Origin: Macrostomum lignano
Taxonomy: Eukaryota
Direction: 5' to 3'
Length of the DNA: 64,000 nucleotides
Assembly (NCBI GenBank): GCA_002269645.1
Contig: NIVC01000433.1
Span: 62,001 to 126,000, forward strand
This document shows, piece after piece, positions 37,045-49,273 of the stretch. A model generated the notes under the pieces. It was given only the letters and a program-made list of their open reading frames with translations. It was not told the DNA's origin and did not search any database. The translations under genes were made by a program, and so were the position numbers. Numbering within the stretch: position 1 is the first letter of the stretch; every line of letters starts with the position of its first letter.

Positions 37045-40000
37045 TCAACGATTAAAACTGTCACGATTAGCCAGCAGCCGCCTGATCATCTCCTGCGGCC
37101 CCAGCGCCAGCGAGGTGACGCTCGGGTCATAATCCGGCCAAAAGTCCGGCTTCAACAGGCTGCTGTGTCCGCCATTCAACCCGTCCAATATTCGGCGATT
37201 AATATCGTCGAAATGGCCGTCTGTCATGCGCAGCAGGAATTGCCAGTAGGCTGGCCGGAGGCTGTGCGGCTCGAATACGGCGCAGTGGAACACGATGCCG
37301 GTTGACAGGGCGTACAGCAGGATGTCGCTGTGCGGCAGGCGCGGCAGCCAGCCGGCTCCCACAGCCGCTGAGCAGGCCAGCTCGGCAGCTTTGCTGGCGC
37401 AGTACATGGCCACGCTGCTGCTGCGGTAAGCCAGCATGCTGCCACCGGCTGCCAGGCCGCTTGCCGCCCACTGCCAAGGCCGTTGGTTGCCATGGCAACA
37501 CCGGATCAGCAGGCAGCCGACAGCCTTGTAGATTGCCGACAGGCCGCCAAGGAAGGCGCCGAACCGCAGGCTGTCCGAATGGAGCAGGGCGTCGCGGATG
37601 GCGCCGACGAGGCTGCGGCGCCGGCGGGCGGATTGAAGCGCCGAGGCGAGCGCCGTGACGAGGCGCAGCGCCGTTTGGAGACCGAAGCCGAAGGCGAACA
37701 TGCGGCCGAATTTCTGGGGGGGGGGGGGTAATGTGGCTGAGGATATAAGGTCTTGTAGATATCCCTCATTATAAGACCAAAAAGTAAGACCGACAGACAC
37801 ACAGACAGACAGACAAACAAATGGATGGAAGTACAGGTAGACACACACAGACACAGTGAGACAGACAGACAGACAGACAGACACTAAGACACTAAGACAG
37901 ACAGACAAATGGATGGAAGTACAGGTAAACACACAGACACAGTGAGACAGACAGACAAGCCAGACGCGGACACAGCGCCAGAGCAACTCACGTAGATGGC
38001 GCTGATCAGACAGCCGTCGTGGTGTCCATTCGGGCACCGCGGGGGGCCGCCACCGCTGCCAGGCAGAGCGCGCAGAGCCGCCTGCGCCCACCTGGGCAGC
38101 CAACCGGAGGGAGACGGCCGCTCCTGGGTAGCTGGCGGCTTCTCCGCAGAGTCGCCAAGAATGAATCTGGGTGGTAAGCCAGGGTGCAAAGTTGGCTTAG
38201 ATTTTAATGCCTTACTCTTCGGTAATCTCTTTTCTTTCATATCATCATTTCTTACTCATCCACATCTACTCTCTCCCTCATCTCCTCCTCTCCCACATCT
38301 GCTCTCTCCCTCATCTCCTTAACTCCCACATCTGCTCTCTCCCTCATCTCCTCCTCTCCCACATCTGCTCTCTCCCTCATCTCCTCCTCTCCCACATCTG
38401 CTCTCTCCCTCATCTCCTCCTCTCCCACATCTACTCTCTCCCTCATCTCCTCCTCTCCCACATCTGCTCTCTCCCTCATCTCCTTAACTCCCACATCTGC
38501 TCTCTCCCTCATCTCCTTAACTCCCACATCTGCTCTCTCCCTCATCTCCTCCTCTCCCACATCTGCTCTCTCCCTCATCTCCTTAACTCCCACATCTGCT
38601 CTCTCCCTCATCTCCTTAACTCCCACATCTGCTCTCTCCCTCATCTCCTCCTCTCCCACATCTGCTCTCTCCCTCATCTCCTTAACTCCCACATCTGCTC
38701 TCTCCCTCATCTCCTCCTCTCCCACATCTACTCTCTCCCTCATCTCCTCCTCTCCCACATCTGCTCTCTCCCTCATCTCCTCCTCTCCCACATCTACTCT
38801 CTCCCTCATCTCCTCCTCTCCCACATCTGCTCTCTCCCTCATCTCCTTAACTCCCACATCTGCTCTCTCCCTCATCTCCTTAACTCCCACATCTGCTCTC
38901 TCCCTCATCTCCTCCTCTCCCACATCTGCTCTCTCCCTCATCTCCTTAACTCCCACATCTGCTCTCTCCCTCATCTCCTTAACTCCCACATCTGCTCTCT
39001 CCCTCATCTCCTCCTCTCCCACATCTGCTCTCTCCCTCATCTCCTTAACTCCCACATCTGCTCTCTCCCTCATCTCCTCCTCTCCCACATCTACTCTCTC
39101 CCTCATCTCCTCCTCTCCCACATCTGCTCTCTCCCTCATCTCCTCCTCTCCCACATCTGCTCTCTCCCTCATCTCCTTAACTCCCACATCTGCTCTCTCC
39201 CTCATCTCCTCCTCTCCCACATCTACTCTCTCCCTCATCTCCTCCTCTCCCACATCTGCTCTCTCCCTCATCTCCTCCTCTCCCACATCTGCTCTCTCCC
39301 TCATCTCCTCCTCTCCCACATCTGCTCTCTCCCTCATCTCCTTAACTCCCACATCTGCTCTCTCCCTCATCTCCTCCTCTCCCACATCTACTCTCTCCCT
39401 CATCTCCTCCTCTCCCACATCTGCTCTCTCCCTCATCTCCTCCTCTCCCACATCTGCTCTCTCCCTCATCTCCTCCTCTCCCACATCTGCTCTCACCCTC
39501 ATCTCCTTCTCTCCCTCATCTCCTCTCCCACATCTGCTCTCACCCTCATCTCTTCCTCTCCCACATCTACTCTCTCCCTATCTCTTCCTCTCTCTCCCTT
39601 ATCTCATCTCCCACATCTGCTCTCACCCTCATCTCCTTCTCTCCTTCATCTCCTCTCCCACATCTGCTCTCTCCCTTATCTCCTCTCTCCCTCATCTCCT
39701 CTTCATCTCCTTCACCTCCTCCTTATCACCTCCTCTCTTTTATCTTCTCTCCCTTATTCCTCCATTTTTTCTTTCTCATCCCACCTCTCCCCCTTTGTCT
39801 CGCTAATTTTCTATCAGCGACTTCCATACAGCGACTGCTTACCTGATACCAGATTTCATGCTTCCACTTATTTTATTGGACCTAAAAAGTGAAAATATGG
39901 TGCATTGTTTAGGTTTTACTATACATCCGCTAATACTGAAGTAGTTCAATAATAGCACCTACTGGTACATGTAGAGAAAAAAGCTCGTTGACACGCTAAA

Positions 40001-42000
40001 GAGAAGAACCTGGAAATTTCGGTACACCAATTGATAATTTATTTTAAAGCATGTCTAGCCACAATAAATAAACGACCGAATTACCTCGCCGTAGGGCAGG
40101 GGTCGAATAAGCTTCCGAGTTTTCAACATCAAATAGATTGTTTCCATTGCCTGAAGAAATTGATTCGTATTTTTAGACAACAAAAAATCTAACTATATAA
40201 TACCTTGCCATTAGTCAAGCCAATGACTGAAACTATCTATGACCCGTACTGTCAATGACCGAAGCTATCTATGACCCGAACTTTCAATGACTGAAGCTAT
40301 CTATGACCCGAACTGTCAATGACTGAAGCTATCTATGACCTGAACTGTCAATGACTGAAGCTATCTATGACCCGAACTGTCAATGACTGAAGCTATCTAT
40401 GACCTGAACTGTCAATGACTGAAGCTATCTATGACCCGAACTGTCAATGACTGAAGCTATCTATGACCCGAACTGTCAATGACTGAAGCTATGTATGACC
40501 TGAACTGTAAATGACCGAAGCTATCTATGACCCGAACTGTCACTGAATGAAGCTATCTATGACCTGAACTGTCAATGACTAAAGTATCTATGACCCGAAC
40601 TGTCAATGACTAAAGCTATCTATGACCTGAACTGTCAATGACTGAAGCTATCTATGACCCGAACTGTCAATGACTGAAGCTATCTATGACCTGAACTGTC
40701 AATGACTGAAGCTATCTATGACCCGAACTGTCAATGACTGAAGCTATCTATGACCCGAACTGTCAATGACTGAAGCTATGTATGACCCGAACTGTCAATG
40801 ACCGAAGCTATCTATGACCTGAACTGTCACTGACTAAAGCTATCTATGACCTGAACTGTCAATGACTAAAGTATCTATGACCCGAACTGTCACTGACTGA
40901 AGCTATCTATGACCTGAACTGTCAATGACTAAAGTATCTATGACCCGAACTGTCAATGACTGAAGCTATCTATGACCTGAACTGTCAATGACTGAAGCTA
41001 TCTATGACCTGAACTGTCAATGACTAAAGTATCTATGACCCGAACTGTCAATGACTAAAGCTATCTATGACCTGAAATGTCAATGACTGAAGCTATCTAT
41101 GACCCATAATGTCAATGACTGAAAACTTACTATGTTTGCCATGTAGACGGCAAGAAGAGACCGACTGAAGAAAAATAGTGAAAAAAGATGAATTTTTCTT
41201 GGAAATTAGGATTTTGAACTGCTCGCAGAAATTAGTAGTTCATTAACAGATAACTACAAAATCTACCTCATCAAATTAGCCAAAGAATTTTACAATACTC
41301 GTATAGACACAATAGTTACAAATATAAAATGATGATATGCTCAATGATGTCAATACCTGTCAATCAAGTTTTTTAATTTTGCGCAAGGTTACTCCAACAT
41401 TCAACCGTGCCTCTTTTGTTCAGTGCGTGTCAAATAAGCAATTAATTTGCGATAGGTGTAGAAAAGCAGTAAAATGATGCATTACTTGACATTTGCTTTA
41501 TTAATTTGAGAACTGAAAATGATTAAAAACACCAACTAAGAGACGAAGTCCAAACATAAAAGCTTAGCATGCGGTTCAACCGGTCTTATCGTGTGAACTA
41601 TTCAATCATCAACCAATCACCAATCAATCTATCAAGCAATATAATCTATTTATCTACCCATCTATCTATCAGTCAGGGCTCGGCAAACTCCGGCCCTCAA
41701 ACCCTCTCTATTCGGCCCTCGGGTCCTTTAAAACTTCGTAATCGCAATCCGGCCAAGCTCAGGGTTTGTCTCTTATCAGCTTTTTCTCTTTCTCTCTCCT
41801 CCTCTCTCCACGTCTGTCTCCTCCTCTCTCCTCTTCTCTTTTTCCTCATCTCTCTCCCCCTCTCCTCCCATCTCCTTACTCCCTCTCTTCTCTCCTCTCT
41901 CCTCTCTTCCTGTCTCTTCCCTCTCTCTCTCCTCTTTTTCTCATATTTTTTTCTCATCTTATCTCTCATCTCTCTATCTTTCTATCTATTTAGCTATCTT

Positions 42001-42037
<37 letters not shown>

Positions 42038-42038
42038 T

Positions 42039-42069
<31 letters not shown>

Positions 42070-42070
42070 T

Positions 42071-42101
<31 letters not shown>

Positions 42102-45100
42102 CTTTTTCTCTAACTTGCTTTGTAAGCACACGGCGGCAGTGGACCAATCAGCATAAATCTAGCTAGTGCACAAAAAATTACTGGCATATGAGCATTGCAT
42201 TTCTATCCGGGCATTACCGCGGCTTCCGCTCAAAGCACACGGACGCTGCTGAGCAGGTGAAGGAAGGCAGGAATCCTGTGTTAACTAGCGTGAGGCTGTC
42301 AGTAACGAGGCGCCTAGAAATAACAAGGAAGAATATTGAAACAATTGAACTAGAACAGTAAACAAATACGATTGGCATTACTGCTTGCATTTCGGATCAC
42401 ACCAGCCTGGTGCAGTCCTACTGGATGTTCTGTTATAACTTGTTTAAAAAAATTCAAAATGGCTTTTTCACAGCATTTAGTAAAGCTCCACAAGGGCCAG
42501 AGCAGAGAAGCTTTGCGTCAGGGTGCCCAGAGCCTTCTTGTGAATGAATTATTATACTCGTATATAAACATTTCCAATGGCTAATTTGATAAAGTAAATT
42601 CAGAGTCAAATTAGGTAAGAAAAAACTAATAAAGTAGATTAGCCGCAAGTTTCAAGTAAAAGATAGTCAGCGATAATGATAATCTAAATTGTAAGAGAAT
42701 TAATGTTATTAGTAAAAGTATACTAGGTTATATGCAGTTTAGAGAGGTAATGAAAAGTTGGATAATTAGGTGCAAATCAGTATATTAAAATCCAAAAAAG
42801 AAAAAGGTTGTGTCATTTAAATAACAAATACATTTTTTAAGAACTATGCAGAATTTTTGGTAAATTTGGCTAAAATATAGATTTCTGGCTAAAATCTAGG
42901 GAGATCTGGCTAAGATCTAGGGAGACCTGGCTAAAATCTAGGGAGATCTGGCTAAGATCTCTGGAGATCTGGCTAAGATCTAGGGAGATCTGGCTAAGAT
43001 CTAGGGAGACCCGGCTAAGATCTAGGGAGACCTGGCTAAGATCTAGGGAGATCTGGCTAAAATGTAGGGCGATCTGGCTAAGATCTAGGGAGACCTGGCT
43101 AAAATCTAGGGAGACCTGGCTAAAATCTAGGGAGACCTGGCTAAGATCTAGGGAGATCTGGCTAAAATCTAGGGAGATCTGGCTAAGATCTAGGGAGATC
43201 TGACTAAGATCTAGGGAGACCCGGCTAAAATCTAGGGAGACCTGGCTAAGATCTAGGGAGATCTGGCTAAAATCTAGGGAGATCTGGCTAAGATCTCTGG
43301 AGATCTGGCTAAGATCTAGGGAGATCTGGCTAAAATCTAGGGAGATCTGGCTAAGATCTCTGGAGATCTGGCTAAGATCTCTGGAGATCTGGCTAAGATC
43401 TCTGGAGATCTGGCTAAGATCTAGGGAGATCTGGCTAAGATCTAGGGAGATCTGGCTAAGATCTAGGGAGATCTGGCTAAGATCTAGGGAGATCTGGCTA
43501 AGATCTAGGGAGATCTGACTAAGATCTAGGGAGACCTGGCTAAGATCTAGGGAGAGCTGGCTAAAATCTAGGAAGTTCTGACTAAGATCTAGGGAGACCC
43601 GGCTAAAATCTAGGGAGACCTGGCTAAGATCTAGGGAGATCTGGCTAAAATCTAGATAGATCTGGCTAAGATCTCTGGAGATCTGGCTAAGATCTCTGGA
43701 GATCTGGCTAAGATCTCTGGAGATCTGGCTAAGATCTAGGGAGACCCGGCTAAGATCTAGGGAGACCTGGCTAAGATCTAGGGAGATCTGGCTAAAATGT
43801 AGGGAGATCTGGCTAAGATCTAGGGAGACCTGGCTAAGATCTAGGGAGACCTGGCTAAGATCTAGGGAGACCTGGCTAAGATCTCTGGAGATCTGGCTAA
43901 GATCTAGGGAGATCTGGCTAAGATCTAGGGAGATCTGGCTAAGATCTAGGGAGACCTGGCTAAGATCTAGGGAGAGCTGGCTAAAATGTAGGGCGATCTG
44001 GCTAAGATCTAGGGAGACCTGGCTAAGATCTAGGGAGATCTGGCTAAGATCTCTGGAGATCTGGCTAAGATCTCTGGAGATCTGGCTAAGATCTAGGGAG
44101 ACCTGGCTAAGATCTAGGGAGATCTGGCTAAGATCTAGGGAGACCTGGCTAAGATCTAGGGAGACCTGGCTAAGATCTAGGGAGATCTGGCTAAGATCTC
44201 TGGAGATCTGGCTAAGATCTCTGGAGATCTGGCTAAGATCTAGGGAGACCTGGCTAAGATCTAGGGAGACCTGGCTAAGATATAGGGAGATCTGGCTAAA
44301 ATCTAGGGAGATCTGGCTAAGATCTCTGGAGATCTGGCTAAGATCTCTGGAGATTTGGCTAAGATCTAGGGAGATCTGACTAAGATCTAGGGAGACCCGG
44401 CTAAAATCTAGGGAGACCTGGCTAAGATCTAGGGAGATCTGGCTAAAATCTAGGGAGATCTGGCTAAGATCTCTGGAGATCTGGCTAAGATCTCTGGAGA
44501 TCTGGCTAAGATCTCTGGAGATCTGGCTAAGATCTAGGGAGACCTGGCTAAGATCTCTGGAGATCTGGCTAAGATCTAGGGAGATCTGGCTAAGATCTAG
44601 GGAGATCTGGCTAAGATCTAGGGAGATCTGGCTAAGATCTCTGGAGATCTGGCTAAGATCTCTCGAGATTTGGCTAAGATCTCTGGAGATCTGGCTAAGA
44701 TCTCTGGAGATCTGGCTAAGATCTAGGGAGACCTGGCTAAGATCTAGGGAGACCTGGCTAAGATCTAGGGAGATCTGGCTAAGATCTCTGGAGATCTGGC
44801 TAAGATCTAGGGAGACCTGGCTAAGATCTAGGGAGACCTGGCTAAGATCTAGGGAGATCTGGCTAAGATCTAGGGAGACCTGGCTAAGATCTAGGGAGAC
44901 CTGGCTAAGATCTAGGGAGATCTGGCTAAGCTATATGGAGATAGGAATGGGACCTCCAAAAAAATTTATATTTTGTTTGTAAAAACAGCAGCAACTTGAA
45001 GAGAACAAGGTAGGCTGAAAACAGCCAGATTAACACACAACAAAACACTGTCATGCACAATAAAAATCAAGCAAAAGCGAATTGATTTACCGATCTGGTC

Positions 45101-47642
45101 TTTCAACAGACAATGATAGCGCTGAGCATGGTGGGGCACAGGTGAGCACTTGATACAAATAGTAGAATGGAAAGCATTTCCTGAAATTGGGGGTCAATTT
45201 TCCAGATTTACATAATAAAAAATATATCAGTCTGTGCTTAAAATATTACTTTTCAAAATAAATAATAAACTGAAAAAATCATTGCCAAATTACTGCTAGC
45301 AAGCTGTTAGTAGTCAATAAATTGATATTGCATTGAAAAATACCTTTAGACTCTAGATCAATAGAAGACTAGCTATTGTATTTGAAAGTTGAATAAAATA
45401 ATGCTTTGGTAAATGATAGATACTTATAGAAGCAATGGTGGTAATTTTATATTAATATAACAACATTTCTTGCAATTAAACCTAGCTCAAGTATGCAAAA
45501 TGAAATGCAAGCAGTATTTGCCATTTGAAACTCTTGAAAAGTACTTTAAATACTTTGAAGACTTACCTCCATAAGCAGAATGTGACAATGAACGTTAAGC
45601 CATTTGTACCAAGGAAAAATGTTGACCTAAGTAGCTCAGGAAACATCTTCTTTAGATCTTGACTGAGCTTGGATTTCTTCTGTTGATTTCTCCTCTTTAG
45701 AAACATTGCCAACTAAAATTGAAGACAAATTTTAAATTCAAGCATAATATATATATAATAAATTTCTTGCATATATATATACAGTTTTAGAACCTAGAGG
45801 CTAGTGTTAGTGAGTATGAATTTGAGCCAACAACTAGCCAATTCATATTTAGTTGTCTATGGCCAAAACCAAGCCCTATGGAAAGTGTTTAATATAGCAC
45901 CCAGCTATCTTTCTTAGTCCTTTTTCTTAGTTTTCTAAGCAGTTATTATGCCATTGTAGACTAGCAAAAAATCAATATTAAAATAAACTTGTTATATTTA
46001 TAATTTTAAGAAAAACTATTGTAGTATTGTTAGGCTAGATAAGATAAATCATTATTATTAAAAATGGGCCCATAGTAATAATCTCAAATCTATTATATGA
46101 TATATTAGAAAAAGTGACCAACTACACAATATTTTCAAGTTTAAGCTAGAAAAACAAATTTACTTGTGATATATATGCTAGGCATTATCAGAAAGTGGTG
46201 CATGACTAAGACTGCCATACACCAAGACCACCATAGCTATTGCTGGCTACTGGTATTGAGGGGGAGCTACCAATATTCTAGCATTGCTATTCCTCTCATA
46301 GGTTCTTTTTTTGCAGCCTTGTCCTACTAGCTCTCTTACCCATAGTGTGGATCATGCTAAGTGCATGCGAGAAACGACCCAAAGCTAATTCCCAAAAGCA
46401 CGCCGACAACAAGCAAATGCACGCCGATGCATGCCAATAAATTAAAATTCAAATTGAAGACAAAAAACATATTTTAAATTGCATTGTGTAAAACAAAGCA
46501 ACAAACGATGTACAAAAGAAATGATATATCTTTAAAAATGTGTATTTTTCATACATTAATTTATTTAACAGTCTTATACACTGTTTATTTACAATAGTTT
46601 TTTTCAAAAGTTAAATACAATAATACATATTTTATGTCTGCTTACCATTGCATTGGCAGCTTTGCCACATCAGGTGCCAGGCACGCGGCACGCGGCGCAT
46701 GCCAGGCATGCTAGTGTATTTATGTAGTGTGCATTATGCACGCCAAATGCATGCCACTTACCGAATTGCACACCGGTGCACGCCACTTTTGAAAATGCAC
46801 GCGGGAAAATTCTCGAGTGCACTACATGATCTACATTATGGTCTCTTAGTCTTACCTACTATCTCCTCTCTAGCACTATCTAATAACACATTAAGTCAAA
46901 TTTCTCACTTAGCTCCCCCAAGTGTGACGGTATTGGTGTGTGGCAGTCTTGGTCCTACACCGTCAGAAAGGCTTTGCAACAATAAAGGACCTTTTTTGTA
47001 TTGTGACAATAAAAGACTTTTCTGATGCAATAGTAAAGGACTTTCTTTCATTATAACATTTTGGTCTTTTGCACACCAACAGCTATGCTATATATCAGCT
47101 CTGTGATGCAATTTTCTACCAAATTGTTTTGTACATATTTTATGCCAACCTTTTTTCATGTCTATTTATTATGTACTGGAATTTTCTGGCATATTTATAA
47201 GATTCATAAGTGGGGAAATCAAATGGATGGGCTGTTTGATATCATACAACTATTTCTCACTGACAAAAATACACTACTAGGCCTATGCTCTAGCTTAAAT
47301 TTTAAAACAACAGTTGTTAACATATGATTCTGATTAAAAAACATAGGCAACACCCAACAGTAAACTTGAAAAGAGAATTTGCAGATTTTTATTAGTTATA
47401 GTTTTATCGTCCTTAATTATGATGATTTAATCATTATTTTGAATGATTATTAGGAAAAATATACATTTTTTAGCTAAACTTACTAGATACAATGGAAAGT
47501 AGATCTTGAAAGCTGTTCTGTAGCTCGCAAAACCCACATCCTTCCATGCCTGAAGGCAGCTGGCAGACCAAGTGTGACCAACTTCGTAGCATGTGAAGCC
47601 ACGAAGGACATATTTATCTGAACACTTACTCAGAACATTCAT
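37045..47642 (-). CDS. TMEM135: TMEM135 (PMP52-type membrane protein), complete 9-exon copy A, 474-476 aa
   Basis: Exons: 47642-47484, 45712-45567, exon 3 (45180-45091 or 42313-42218), 41164-41131, 40150-40085, 40009-39963, 39881-39843, 38166-37992, 37713-37045. All GT-AG and phase-consistent. Motifs CYEVGHTW, PELLRSTFFLGTNG, LLAVYMAN, GEVLLF, LRFGAFLG and LRPAYWQFLLRMTDG follow TMEM135. Confidence 0.93.
38255..39740. repeat. 33-bp CT-rich minisatellite (ccacatctgctctctccctcatctcctcctctc) in TMEM135-A intron 7
   Basis: About 38 regular copies, degenerating after ~39500. Source of the 561-aa and 416-aa repeat ORFs. Confidence 0.97.
40220..41120. repeat. 32-bp minisatellite (gactgaagctatctatgacccgaactgtcaat) in TMEM135-A intron 4
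   Basis: About 28 copies. Confidence 0.97.
41674..41990 (+). mobile_element. hAT/Charlie-like MITE, copy 3 (CT-rich core), flanked by TCTA repeats
   Basis: Starts CAGGGCTCGGCAAACTCCGGCCC. The first ~100 bp align with copies 1 and 2. The right end was not found. Confidence 0.6.
42895..44935. repeat. 21-bp minisatellite (tctagggagatctggctaaga), ~2 kb, lying between the two exon-3 variants
   Basis: About 97 tandem copies with a few recurrent variants. Confidence 0.98.
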
Positions 47643-49273
47643 TCTTCTTTAGGTATTTGTGTTTTTACTACTCTGCACGTACATTCTACCAACGCACTAC
47701 ACCATTTAGCATTTTACAGTGAGCTATAGCCGTGAATCGCGCGAACACATTTCTTAGGAATTCTTGCTGTTTAATTTGATGTTTAAAAAGTGTTTTACAA
47801 GTTAAACAAAAAACAAGTTATTACTAAATAATTACTAATCAATAATTAAAGAGCTTTTAAGTATTCCTTGAATTAAGCTTTTGTTCTTGTTAGATTTTGA
47901 ATATTTACCTTAAATTTCTTTATTTACCCGTGCTTTAAACTAATTAATACAAGTTAACGTCATTGTTGCACACTGCACACTGATTACTCCAGCAGTTTCC
48001 ATGCCTACTGCATGTATTACAACTTGAGGACAGGGAAATTTATTTGCTGTAATAAACAAAAAATCGCTGGAACGCATTTAAAAAAAGTAGAGTACGGACC
48101 ATGGGCACGCAGCGACGTAGGGCAGATAACATATTGCACGTATATTTTAAGATCCAAAACTTCAACACCCTAAGTTCTGCCGCTCATTGCCCAGTCCCCG
48201 CGGATCTCTTTGCTCAAATTAGTTGCTCTTAGTAGTTGCACAATCCCTCCTGCCAAGTTCAACCAATTTTTTATCTTCACACACATGTTAATTGTGTACT
48301 GCAAGTATGTTAAATATGCTGGAAGTACGCGTATACGCTTGTATCTACCCTACCTCTAAATTTGCCCAAATGAGAGCTATTTTATTCAATAAATCCACTT
48401 TCCAAGAATGAATAAAAACCGGAAGACAATTTAACAGATTATTTCGTAAAAGTCTAACAAACCGTTAAACAACTCAAAGAACTAAAAAGATTTATTTGGA
48501 AGTTTAAATAAAGTGATACATGTATAAATCAATTGTTCAACTTAAAAGCCAACAAAATATGAAGTAAAGAAATATTGATTCTGTATTTGAAAATCAATAT
48601 ACATGTAGCTCTGGGAAAAAAATAGCAATTAACTTATAACTACTTGGCAAATTGTACTGATGGAATCGGATCTGCATTCATTGAGAATTCACAAATTAAA
48701 ATTATTCTCATAAAAAGAATTTATATAACACTGCAAAAAGGAATTAGATTTTTTGCAATATTTTTATACCAAGTTGGCTTTGCAGTAACAAAGATAAACA
48801 AATTATGTTTTTACGATACATTTTGTGTATGGGTACGGGCGAAGGTGACATATATGAAAGACAAAAAATATTCTGCAAACATAACAAACAACAATATATA
48901 ATCATCTCGAATGCTGTCGCTATACATAAGACCTACACTTTGTAGTTTTGATTGAAAAATCTATTTTGAGTTACTATTTTAAGCATCTATTGAGCATCTA
49001 TTAATCCGATCAGAATGATATAATGGGTCCACGAGAATTGCCCAGATGGCATATTGCATGGATTAATAGCTTAAAGATGTACCAGAGTAGCATTTGATAT
49101 GCAGAAACGTTTTGATCGGGTAAATCTCTTTAATAAGACACTCCAGATTCTTCTGGATCCTTCTCACTTTTTTAGCTAAATTCTGTCAGGTAAAAAATAA
49201 AACCTTAAACAGAAATTGTCAAGTCCAATCGCCTCTCCTACTCACAGGCTAAACTGAATCAAACCGAGGGCAT

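Noticed and set aside
37714-38103. N-terminal part of the 352-aa ORF 37045-38103
   Set aside because: It is read-through of TMEM135 intron 8 plus exon 8 in the wrong frame. The true exon starts at 37713.
38207-39892. 561-aa and 416-aa repeat ORFs; likewise 9557-10297, 15216-16208, 16838-17764 and 14555-14965
   Set aside because: They are stop-free tandem arrays lying inside introns of the modelled genes.
44960-45014. Possible exon 4a directly after exon 3a (ttttcag acceptor)
   Set aside because: It hits TAA after 15 codons and lacks the LLxxYMAN motif, so there is no second gene copy here.
46358-46824. Possible MITE with AGTGCAxxCGAGAA ends
   Set aside because: The TIR match is imperfect and the TSD is unconvincing.
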